31,708 nt of DNA, from the NCBI GenBank assembly GCA_041946735.1, contig JBHGAY010000041.1, positions 1 to 31,708 of the forward strand, in the 5' to 3' direction. The DNA comes from Candidatus Eiseniibacteriota bacterium. GTDB taxonomy: Bacteria; Eisenbacteria; RBG-16-71-46; CAIMUX01; VGJL01. The notes beneath the pieces were generated by a model. The model made no database searches and was not told the origin of the DNA. It worked only from the letters and a program-made list of their open reading frames with translations. Positions 18,437 through 26,356 of the stretch are shown here, piece after piece (within the stretch, counting starts at the first letter, position 1; every line of letters starts with the position of its first letter). The translations under genes were made by a program, and so were the position numbers.

Positions 18437-19585
18437 CTACAGCAGCTTCTCCAGCAGAGCTGCCGCCTCGCGGCACAGCTCGAGCGTCGGGACAAGCGCC
18501 ATCCTCGCATACCCCTCGCCACGAGCCCCGAAGTAGCTGCCGGGAGTGACGACGATCCCCGATTCGAGCAGCCACGCGGCGAACGCCTCGGATGCTCTTC
18601 CCCCCGGCACCTGGAACCAGAGGTAGAAGGTCGCGTCGCTTCCGGCGACCCGAATCCCCTTGCGCCGCAACACCGGCAGCAGAACGTCGCGCTTCTCCTG
18701 GTACAACCGGCGCTGCTCCGCGACGTGCGCCTCGTCCTCCCACGCCGCGATCGCCGCCCCCTGGACGAACAGCGGGGTCGCCACGCCCTGGCTCGGACGC
18801 ACCATCCGCAGCAGCCGGATCAGCTCCGGATCGCCGGCGATCAGCCCGCTGCGGTAACCGGTCATCGCCGAACGCTTCGAAAGCGTGTTCAGGACGACGA
18901 GCCCCTCGATCCCCGCCTGGATCGCCCCCGCCGGAGGCTGATCGAACCAAAGCTCGCTGTACGCTTCGTCGCTCGCGACCCAGAACCCGTGTTCTCGCGC
19001 AAGAGCGAGCGCCTTCTCGTACAGGTCGAGCCCGGCGACCGCGCCGGTCGGATTGTTGGGATAGTTCAGCCAGAGGAGCGCCGTGCGCCGCCACTGCTCG
19101 GGCGGGATCGCATCGAGATCCGGGAGGAACCCGCGCGACTCGAGCAGCGGCAGCGGCTCCGGGATCCCGCCCGCGAAGCGCGCCCCGATCTCGTAGACCG
19201 GATAGGCGGGATCCGGGATCCACACGATCCGCCGCGCTCCCCTTGGGTCCACGACGCTCTGGTGCAGCAGGTAGACCGCCTCCTTCGAGCCGTTCGACGG
19301 GAGGATCTGCAGATCCGGATCGAGGCGGACCCCGAAGCGCCGCTCGACCCATGCCGCCATCGCGCGTCGCAGCTGCGGCAGCCCCGCCGCGGGCGGATAG
19401 CTCGCTCTGTCCGGGACTGACTCGAGGAGCGCGCGGCGGATCCGCTCGGGCGTCCTCTCCTGAGGATCCCCCATGCCGAAGTCCAGGATCCGGAGCCCGC
19501 GCTCGGCGGCGGCCCGCTTGGCGTCTTCGAGCCGGACGAACGGGTAGGTGGCGAGGGCGTCGTACGCCGGGTTGCGCGGTCTCAT
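18437..19585 (-). CDS. dapC: PLP class I/II aminotransferase, probable succinyl-diaminopimelate transaminase
   Basis: YPF..L, GSKEA, PAYPVYE, NYPNNPTGA, SDEAYSEL, PLP lysine in TLSKRSAMTGYRSG. Lies between dapE and dapD, with an ATGA overlap with dapE. Confidence 0.88.
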   Translation of the reverse strand: MRPRNPAYDALATYPFVRLEDAKRAAAERGLRILDFGMGDPQERTPERIRRALLESVPDRASYPPAAGLPQLRRAMAAWVERRFGVRLDPDLQILPSNGSKEAVYLLHQSVVDPRGARRIVWIPDPAYPVYEIGARFAGGIPEPLPLLESRGFLPDLDAIPPEQWRRTALLWLNYPNNPTGAVAGLDLYEKALALAREHGFWVASDEAYSELWFDQPPAGAIQAGIEGLVVLNTLSKRSAMTGYRSGLIAGDPELIRLLRMVRPSQGVATPLFVQGAAIAAWEDEAHVAEQRRLYQEKRDVLLPVLRRKGIRVAGSDATFYLWFQVPGGRASEAFAAWLLESGIVVTPGSYFGARGEGYARMALVPTLELCREAAALLEKLL

Positions 19586-20739
19586 CCTGTCTCCTTCTCC
19601 TCTCCGGTTTCGGGCGTGGCATCGCGCATGCGTTCCCCGAACGGGCGCGGCCCGTCGAGGAAGCGCGCCAGGAGGTCGCGGCAACGGACGAGCGAATCGA
19701 TCGCGACGCGCTCGTCGTCGCGATGCGCGAGCTGTGGGTCCCCGGGGCCGAAGTTCAGGGCGGGGATCCCTCGTTCGCCGAAGCGCGCGACGTCGGTCCA
19801 TCCCTGCTTGGCCCGCGAGGGCAGGCCGCTCCGCTCGAGGAAGGCGGCGAAGAGCGGATCATCGAGCGGGACGCTGCCGGACGGCGCGGCATCGACGATC
19901 CGCGCCTCCGCCGCCGGCGCGCAAAGGCGGAGCGCCTCCGCTCGGGCGGTCGCGAGGTCGATCCCGGGCGGGAAGCGGTAGTTCAGGTTCGCCGTCAGAT
20001 CCCCGGGGATCATGTTGCGCGCGGTGCCGGCGCGCAGCATCGTGACGCTCGCGCTCTCCATGAATTCGTAGCCGTGGATCGAGTGCGCGCGAGGGGCGAA
20101 GCGGTCGATCGCCGCGAGCCAGTCGAGCGCTGCTCCGATCGCGTTCCTCCCGAGCCAGGGCCGGGCGCTGTGGCACGCCTCTCCGAGAAAGCGGACCTCC
20201 ACGTGGATCGAGCCGTTGCATCCGACTTCGATCGCGTCGCCGGTCGGCTCCAGGAGGATCGCGAGGGCCGCGGCGCGCGCCCACGCCGCCGGGCCGTCGA
20301 GCAGTCCGGCAAGCTCGTTGCCTTCGGCCGGCCCTTCCTCCCCTGCATAGAGGATCGCGGCGACGCGCGCCCAGCCGGAGCCGGTTTCCGGGCGATCGAG
20401 CAGGGAGAGCAGGACGGCCACGCCTCCCTTCATGTCGGCGGCGCCGCGACCGAGGATCGTGTCGCCCTCGCGCCGCGGCGCCGCGTTGCCGCGCGGAGGG
20501 ACGGTGTCGATATGCCCGGCCAGGACGACGAGCGGACGCCGATCGGCAGGAGGCGGAACCAGGATGCTGCGGCCGAACGCGAGCGCGTCGCGCCCCGCCG
20601 ACTCGACGCGCCGGTGAAGATGGCGGGCGATCGCCTCTTCCTCTCCCGTCACGCTCGGAATGGCGATCAGGGACATCAGCTCCCCGGCAAGGCTCTCCGC
20701 CGCGATGTGCCCGCGGTCCTGCCGCACCGGCGGGCTCAT
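19582..20739 (-). CDS. dapE: Succinyl-diaminopimelate desuccinylase (M20A)
   Basis: GHIDTVP, GRGAADMKGG, GEE, LEPT, HSARPWLGRNAI, KQGWTDVARF, NFGPGDP.LAH..DE. Start at ATG 20739 after GAGAGGAAG. Confidence 0.92.
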   Translation of the reverse strand: MSPPVRQDRGHIAAESLAGELMSLIAIPSVTGEEEAIARHLHRRVESAGRDALAFGRSILVPPPADRRPLVVLAGHIDTVPPRGNAAPRREGDTILGRGAADMKGGVAVLLSLLDRPETGSGWARVAAILYAGEEGPAEGNELAGLLDGPAAWARAAALAILLEPTGDAIEVGCNGSIHVEVRFLGEACHSARPWLGRNAIGAALDWLAAIDRFAPRAHSIHGYEFMESASVTMLRAGTARNMIPGDLTANLNYRFPPGIDLATARAEALRLCAPAAEARIVDAAPSGSVPLDDPLFAAFLERSGLPSRAKQGWTDVARFGERGIPALNFGPGDPQLAHRDDERVAIDSLVRCRDLLARFLDGPRPFGERMRDATPETGEEKETG

Positions 20740-20844
20740 CGGCTGGTCTTCCTCTCTCGGTTCGCCATCGGCATCCTTCCGCTCCTTCCCCCTAGCGTCC
20801 CCATCATGCGGCAACCGGCCGGGAACGAGAACGGGACGCGCCCG

Positions 20845-20873
20845 AGCCTAGACGGACGTTCGAGGACGCGCAA
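20845..20873 (-). promoter_or_regulatory. Possible sigma70 promoter for dapE-dapC-dapD-lon
   Basis: Minus strand TTGCGC, 17-nt spacer, TAGGCT. Confidence 0.4.
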
Positions 20874-21115
20874 CGACCGGCCGGGTCAGACCGGCTGCAT
20901 GCCGGGCGCGGCGCGGACGGCGGCGCGCGGCGCGCGGAGCGGACGGTAGTCCATGGGGCGGACGGTGAAGCGCCGGGTGCCGGGTGCCTGGCGCCGGTGC
21001 ACCGCCGAGCGTGCGTTGAGCGGGCGCCGAGCGCGCGTTGCCCTCCGTCCCGGGCCTCTGGTAGCTTCGGACGTTCCGCCGGAGGGCCGCCTTGGCGCGG
21101 GACGGAGGAGTCTCG

Positions 21116-22237
21116 ATGCCCCGCATCCAGGTGTTCGACGATTGGATCTCGATGTTCCGCGAGTGGCAGCAATCGATCGGCCTCGACGAGCCGGACCTGC
21201 GCGAGCATCCGTTCGAGGCGAAGTACGGCGACCTTCCGGGTCCCGCCATCGAGTTCGGGGACTTCCGCGGGGAGCCGCGCTGGGAGACGGTCCGGCAGAT
21301 CCCCGAGCAGAGGATTCGCGACGCGCTGCTGAATCTCATCGTCTATCAAGGGGACACGGAGTTCGCGTCCGTCGAGCAGCAGCGGCACCTCTTCGAGACC
21401 GCCCCGTCCGACTACGACCTTCGCTCACTCACTCGCGTCATGAGCGAGGAGATGCGCCACGGTTATCAGATGTGCCATCTTCTCGTCGAGCACTTCGGCA
21501 CGACCGGGCGGATCGAAGCGCAGAAGCTCCTCGAGCGCCGCGCCTTCGATCGTACGCGGCTGCTCGGCAGCTTCAACGAGACGGTCGACACCTGGCTCGA
21601 CTTCTTCGTCTACACCGACTTCGTCGATCGCGACGGGAAGTTCCAGCTTCGCATGCTCTCGCGTTGCGCCTTCGCTCCGCTCGCCCGGTCCATGGGGCCG
21701 ATGCTGCACGAGGAGAGCTTCCATCTCGGGACGGGCCATTCGGGACTCCTCCGAATCCTCAAAGCCGGCCGGATCGACACGCCGCTGCTGCAGAAGTACC
21801 TGAACAAGTGGATCCCGACCGCCTACGACCTCTTCGGGACCGATCATTCCTCGACGGCGCACTGGTGCTACGTATGGGGACTGAAGGGACGCTTCGAAGA
21901 GGACCCGGAGCAGCCGGCCGACCGCTCGAGCCTGAACGAGCAGGCGCGCATGCTTTACCACGACGAGTGCCGCGCCCTGATCGACAACCTGAACCACCAC
22001 GTCCCGGACGGACAGCCGAAGCTCGAGGTCCCCGACCTCCGCTTCCACCGCTCGATCGGCGATTGGGCGGGACTCCCCTACGATCTCCACGGGCGCCGGC
22101 TCTCGGCCGAGGAGTACGAGCGGCACCTGCAGGAGGTGCTGCCCGGCGCGAACGACGTGGCCCGGGTGCTCGCGATCACGAGCGAGCCAGGGTGGATCGC
22201 GCCGAAGGGAAGCGGAAGGGCGGATGAGCGCCTGTAG
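21116..22237 (+). CDS. Ferritin-like di-iron protein, short BoxB / PaaA-PaaC superfamily (aryl-CoA epoxidase-like)
   Basis: QGDTEFASVEQQRHL, APSDYDLR, EEMRH, RLLGSFN, DRDGKFQL, FAPLARS, EESFH parallel BoxB motifs, with two ExxH iron motifs. ATG 21116 follows GGAGGAG. Confidence 0.85.
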   Translation: MPRIQVFDDWISMFREWQQSIGLDEPDLREHPFEAKYGDLPGPAIEFGDFRGEPRWETVRQIPEQRIRDALLNLIVYQGDTEFASVEQQRHLFETAPSDYDLRSLTRVMSEEMRHGYQMCHLLVEHFGTTGRIEAQKLLERRAFDRTRLLGSFNETVDTWLDFFVYTDFVDRDGKFQLRMLSRCAFAPLARSMGPMLHEESFHLGTGHSGLLRILKAGRIDTPLLQKYLNKWIPTAYDLFGTDHSSTAHWCYVWGLKGRFEEDPEQPADRSSLNEQARMLYHDECRALIDNLNHHVPDGQPKLEVPDLRFHRSIGDWAGLPYDLHGRRLSAEEYERHLQEVLPGANDVARVLAITSEPGWIAPKGSGRADERL

Positions 22238-22282
22238 CGCTTAGAAGGCACAACGGAGACGGGAGACCGCAGGATTGGATCG

Positions 22283-23233
22283 ATGAACTCCAGGCCGCAC
22301 GCCGGATCGCTGCACCGGCTTCCCTCTCCCGCCTCGGCCTACCTCACGCCGGACGGGATCGCAGCGCGCGTGGAGGAGCTCCGCGCCGCCCACGGCGGCC
22401 GCACCTTCCCGATCGGCTCCACCCGGGAGGGACGGCAGATCCTCGCGACATCCTTCGGCAGCGCCGAGCCGGGACACGAGCAAGGAGGCGTGCTGCTCCT
22501 CTCACTCCTCCACGCCTACGAGTGGATCGGCGCCCTCACCCTGCTGCGCCTCCTCGAGCGCCTGCTCCGCGTCCGCGCTTCGGCGTCGCACCCGCCCGCG
22601 CCCCTCGTCGCCGTCCCGATCGCCAACCCGGACGGTGCGGCCGCCGCCGAGGAAGCCGCGCGCGCGCTGCGGCTGCGAATGCTCCGCGGCAACGCGGCCG
22701 GGATCGATCTCAACCGCAACTTCCCTGCGAACCACCGCGCGCGCGGGCCATGGACCGGTCTCCCCTGGTGGCGCCCCGGTCCGTTCCCGACGAGCGAACC
22801 GGAAACAGCCGCGCTCGTCGCCCTGGCGAGCGAGCGCCGGCCGCGCCTCTCCTTCAGCTTCCACTCCTTCGGTCGCTGGTTCTTCTACCCTCCCGCCGGA
22901 TCGCGCCGCCCGACTCCCTCCGCCGCCGCGCATCGCGCGCTCCTCGATGCGGCCGGAGGCGCCGGGTCGATCGGCTATCGCGCGGGGCAGCTGGGTCGCT
23001 GGTCCGCGCTCTTCCGGGCGCCGGGCGCCGAGATCGACTTCCTCTCGCAAGAAGAGGGGAGCTTCGCCTATCTCATCGAGGTCTCGGGCGGCGGGATGGG
23101 GCGCTGGGGCGTGCGGCGGCTCGGCGTCCCCTTCTTCGCCTACAACCCGTGCGATCCGGAACCCGAAGCGGAGCGCGTCGCCCGCTTCTGCGAGCGGATC
23201 GTCCGGATCGCGATCCCCGTCTACGGGGTCTAG
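22283..23233 (+). CDS. M14 family zinc carboxypeptidase
   Basis: HAYEW (HxxE), NPDG, RGNAAGIDLNRNF, SEPET, SFHSFG and a C-terminal Glu (YLIEV). Confidence 0.88.
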   Translation: MNSRPHAGSLHRLPSPASAYLTPDGIAARVEELRAAHGGRTFPIGSTREGRQILATSFGSAEPGHEQGGVLLLSLLHAYEWIGALTLLRLLERLLRVRASASHPPAPLVAVPIANPDGAAAAEEAARALRLRMLRGNAAGIDLNRNFPANHRARGPWTGLPWWRPGPFPTSEPETAALVALASERRPRLSFSFHSFGRWFFYPPAGSRRPTPSAAAHRALLDAAGGAGSIGYRAGQLGRWSALFRAPGAEIDFLSQEEGSFAYLIEVSGGGMGRWGVRRLGVPFFAYNPCDPEPEAERVARFCERIVRIAIPVYGV

Positions 23234-24744
23234 CGGCCTTCGCGCGCCGGCAGCAACCGCAGCACGACGGTGTACGGTTCCTCGATCTCGAAGGCCGGCT
23301 CGAAGCGGTCCTGCTCGGCCTGGACCGCGGGAATCAGGTAGCGCGAGATGTCGTCGTAGGGGATCGCCGGCACGACAACCCAGTCGACACCCTCGCGATC
23401 CATCCAGCGGAGCATCGCCGCCGGGTCGGTCTCGCGCGGAAATGCGACGGCGCGGCGTCCGGTCACATAGGTGAGCATCGCCGGCTTGCGATCGGCGATC
23501 GTATCGCCGGCGGCCGCATGCTCCTTCAGCCAGGCGGCCGCCCGGAAGTAGGCGTCCCAGTCGGGCGGGTAGCGGCGTACCTCACTGGCGAGGGCGACCT
23601 GCTGGCGCGCGGCGAGCGCGATCCACACGGCGAGGAAGGCCGCGGCGAAGCGCGGCCGCGGCCGCAGCCTCCGCGGCCGGCCCGGCATGCCAAACGGCAG
23701 CGGCAGGATCCCGAAGACCGCGAACAGGCCACGGAAGAGGAGCAGCGACAGCAGCGGCAGGATCGGGACGAGGAAGCGCAGCCCGGTCCACAGGGACGGC
23801 CAGAGCAGGTTCAACAGCAGGTAGAGCAGGACGTAGAGGCCTGTCGGCTCGCGACCGCGCACCGCCGCGATCAGCCCGAGCGCGAGAAGCGCGAGCGGCA
23901 CGATCGCCGCAAACCAGGGCAGGAAGTGGTAGCGCAGCTCGGGCGGGGCGTAGGTCGACCGGAGCAGGATCGGGAGGAGGCTCGTCGGAATCTCGCCGAA
24001 GAGGTAGATCCGCGTGTTCTCGCCGATCCGCCCCGCCCAGCCGGCGGCGTCGAGGTTGCCGAGCTCGGGCAGGAAGGGGTTGGCGAGGACGAGCTGGCGG
24101 AAGTACGGGTTCTCCGGGCCGAGGATCGAGCGAAGCCCCCAGGGCAGCAGCAGCGCGGCAGAAAGTCCGGCGAAGAGGCTCTTCGCGCGCCGCGACGGCC
24201 CCGGGGACAGAAGAAGCCAGGCGCCGACGGCGACCCATAGCGACAGGCCGACGCTGCGCGTATAGAAGGTCGCTGCGGCGGCGAGGCCGGCCAGCACGAT
24301 CGACCGCGCGCGCGCGCCGCTGCCCGCCGGCAACGCCGCGCGCTCCGCCGCATCGAGGGCGACGAGCGAGAAGAAGAGGTACGGCACCTCCGACATCACG
24401 TAGTGCCCGTACTCGAGCACCGCGGGAATCGTCATCGCCGCCCATGCGACCGGGGCGCCCCAGCGTCCCGGCAGATGGCGCTCGGCCCGCCGCAACAGCA
24501 GAAACGCCGAGGCGAGGTAGAAGAGGAAGACCAGGATCTTCTGCGGCATCAGGGCGAGGCCGAAGAACGCCTGCGGCAGGACGAGGAGCCACGGGAAGAC
24601 CGGCGGGTACTTGCCGCTCTGCCAGAGCGACCCGTGGCGGGCCGCTTCCGCGAGCCGCATGTAGTCGACGTTGTCGCCGTTGATGTAGAGCTTCGTATCG
24701 AAGGTCAGCAGCCCTGACGCGAGGATCAGCCCCAGCCAGAGCAG
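23230..24744 (-). CDS. GT-C fold polytopic glycosyltransferase (ArnT/PMT_2-like); start uncertain
   Basis: KYPPVFPWLL, VMSEVPYLFF, FYTRSVG, RFLVPILP and multiple TMs. The frame stays open upstream of ATG 24660 through a TM helix and FDTKLYINGDNVDY. 24744 is the CTG that opens that helix, used as a placeholder start. Confidence 0.75.
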   Translation of the reverse strand: MLWLGLILASGLLTFDTKLYINGDNVDYMRLAEAARHGSLWQSGKYPPVFPWLLVLPQAFFGLALMPQKILVFLFYLASAFLLLRRAERHLPGRWGAPVAWAAMTIPAVLEYGHYVMSEVPYLFFSLVALDAAERAALPAGSGARARSIVLAGLAAAATFYTRSVGLSLWVAVGAWLLLSPGPSRRAKSLFAGLSAALLLPWGLRSILGPENPYFRQLVLANPFLPELGNLDAAGWAGRIGENTRIYLFGEIPTSLLPILLRSTYAPPELRYHFLPWFAAIVPLALLALGLIAAVRGREPTGLYVLLYLLLNLLWPSLWTGLRFLVPILPLLSLLLFRGLFAVFGILPLPFGMPGRPRRLRPRPRFAAAFLAVWIALAARQQVALASEVRRYPPDWDAYFRAAAWLKEHAAAGDTIADRKPAMLTYVTGRRAVAFPRETDPAAMLRWMDREGVDWVVVPAIPYDDISRYLIPAVQAEQDRFEPAFEIEEPYTVVLRLLPAREGR

Positions 24745-24787
24745 GCTCCAGCCGGAGAGCGGCCGCGCTTTCGTCGGCCCCGGCCGG

Positions 24788-26038
24788 TCAGTCCTTCCAG
24801 TCGGCGAGGAAGACGTTGGTCTCCCCCTTCCTCTCGCTCTCCCGATTGGAGCAGAAGACGAGCTGGCGGCCGTCCGGGGAGAACATCGGGAAGCCGTCGA
24901 AGCTCGCCTCGTAGGTGACCTTCTCCAGGTTCTTGCCGTCGACGCCGATCAGGTAGATGTCGAAGTTCCGCCCGTGGGGATCCTCGAGGTTCGAGGTGAA
25001 GATGATCTTCTCGCCCGAGGGATGGAAGAAGGGGCAGAAGTTCGCCGCGTCGTTGTCCGTCAAGCGGACCTTGTTCGATCCGTCCGCATCCATGACCCAA
25101 AGGTCGAGCTTGCCGGGGCGGATCAGCCCGCGCGAGAGGAGCGAGAGGTAGTCGGACTTCTCTTCGTCCGTCTCCGGATGGAAGGCGCGGAAGCAGATCT
25201 TCCGGCCGTCCGCGCTGAAGAACGCTCCGCCGTCGTAGCCCAGCTCGTTGGTCAAGCGCAGGACGTTGCCGCCATCGGAGTCCATGCGATAGAGATCGAG
25301 ATCGCCGTCGCGGGTGGAGGTGAAGACGATCGAGCCGTCCGGCCCCACCGTTGCCTCCGCGTCGTAGCCCGGAGTCGTCGTGAGCCGCACCGGCTCGCCC
25401 CCGCCGCGCTGGACCTTCCAGATGTCGTAGCCGTCGTAGAGGGCCCACACGTATCCCATCGACATGTCGGGCGGAGGCGGACAGTCGGGCGAGGCGAGGT
25501 GGGTCGACGCGTAGAGGATCTCCCGATCCCCGGGGAGAAAGTAGGAACAGGTCGTCCGTCCCTCGCCGGTCGAGACCAGCTCCGTCGCGCCGTTTCTGAG
25601 GTCGAGGAGGAAGATCTGGTCGCACTGCGCGCCGCGAGGGGTCGACTGGAAGACGAGGGCGTCCCCGGCCCAGGAGAAGTACGCCTCGGCATTCTCCCCG
25701 CCGTTGGTCAGCTGCCGGATCTTCGAGAGGTGCTTCTCCTCACCGACGCGCCGGAAGCGCACGTCATCGGAGGCGGTCAGCCGCGCATAGGGCGGAATGA
25801 CCGAGCGCGTTTCGCCCTCGCGCCGCTCTTCCCCCTGCACCTGCCCTTGGCCTTGCCCCTGCCCTCGCCCTTGCCCTCCGGGTGCGACCTGCCCTGGCCC
25901 CGGCTCCTGCGCTTGCCCTCCGTCCTGCTCGGCGGTCGTCGACGCGAAGGGGATGAGACAGAAGAAGGCAAAGAGAGCGGCGAGGGCGACGAAGCGCGAT
26001 CGCCGCCCGGAAATGCCGGCGCGGGACGTCTCGAACAT
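24788..26038 (-). CDS. Exported TolB-like (PD40-repeat) beta-propeller protein
   Basis: Signal peptide, GQ-repeat linker, and repeats ENAEAYFS, GYDAEATVGPDG.IVFTSTRDGDLDLY, GYDGGAFFSADG, FDGFPMFSPDG. RBS GGAGGAGGAGG. Confidence 0.85.
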   Translation of the reverse strand: MFETSRAGISGRRSRFVALAALFAFFCLIPFASTTAEQDGGQAQEPGPGQVAPGGQGRGQGQGQGQVQGEERREGETRSVIPPYARLTASDDVRFRRVGEEKHLSKIRQLTNGGENAEAYFSWAGDALVFQSTPRGAQCDQIFLLDLRNGATELVSTGEGRTTCSYFLPGDREILYASTHLASPDCPPPPDMSMGYVWALYDGYDIWKVQRGGGEPVRLTTTPGYDAEATVGPDGSIVFTSTRDGDLDLYRMDSDGGNVLRLTNELGYDGGAFFSADGRKICFRAFHPETDEEKSDYLSLLSRGLIRPGKLDLWVMDADGSNKVRLTDNDAANFCPFFHPSGEKIIFTSNLEDPHGRNFDIYLIGVDGKNLEKVTYEASFDGFPMFSPDGRQLVFCSNRESERKGETNVFLADWKD

Positions 26039-26245
26039 TCCTCCTCCTCCTTGCGGCCGATCCGCGCGATTCTACGGCTCGCCCGGCGATCCGCCAAGTC
26101 CATCCACGCCTGCGGCCTGCCGTCCCCGGTACTCCCGCCTGAAGCCCGCCGTTCCCGGTCTCGGCAGCATCGGGTGCGTGAACGCGGAGGAACGCCGGGC
26201 GATTCTCCCCACCACGTCCCGGGACTTCTCCATGAGCCCGGCGCC

Positions 26246-26254
26246 TGTTACAAT
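26246..26254 (+). promoter_or_regulatory. Extended -10 promoter for the C25 gene
   Basis: TGtTACAAT about 100 nt upstream of GGAGG-n4-ATG (26357). Confidence 0.5.
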
Positions 26255-26356
26255 TGATGCGGCTGACATCCGGGCGTCAGCATTGCTGCGTCTCCTCGGA
26301 TCTAGCGCAGGATCGGAATCGCCCGAAGGAGTCCACCAACAGCAGCGGAGGAAACG

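Noticed and set aside
20740..21115. Lysine riboswitch upstream of the dap cluster
   Set aside because: The L-box conserved elements are not recognisable on the minus strand.
24786..24798. prfB-like programmed +1 frameshift at GAC TGA C
   Set aside because: tRNA-Asp cannot re-pair well on ACU in the +1 frame. It is kept only as the least likely explanation in the start-codon finding.
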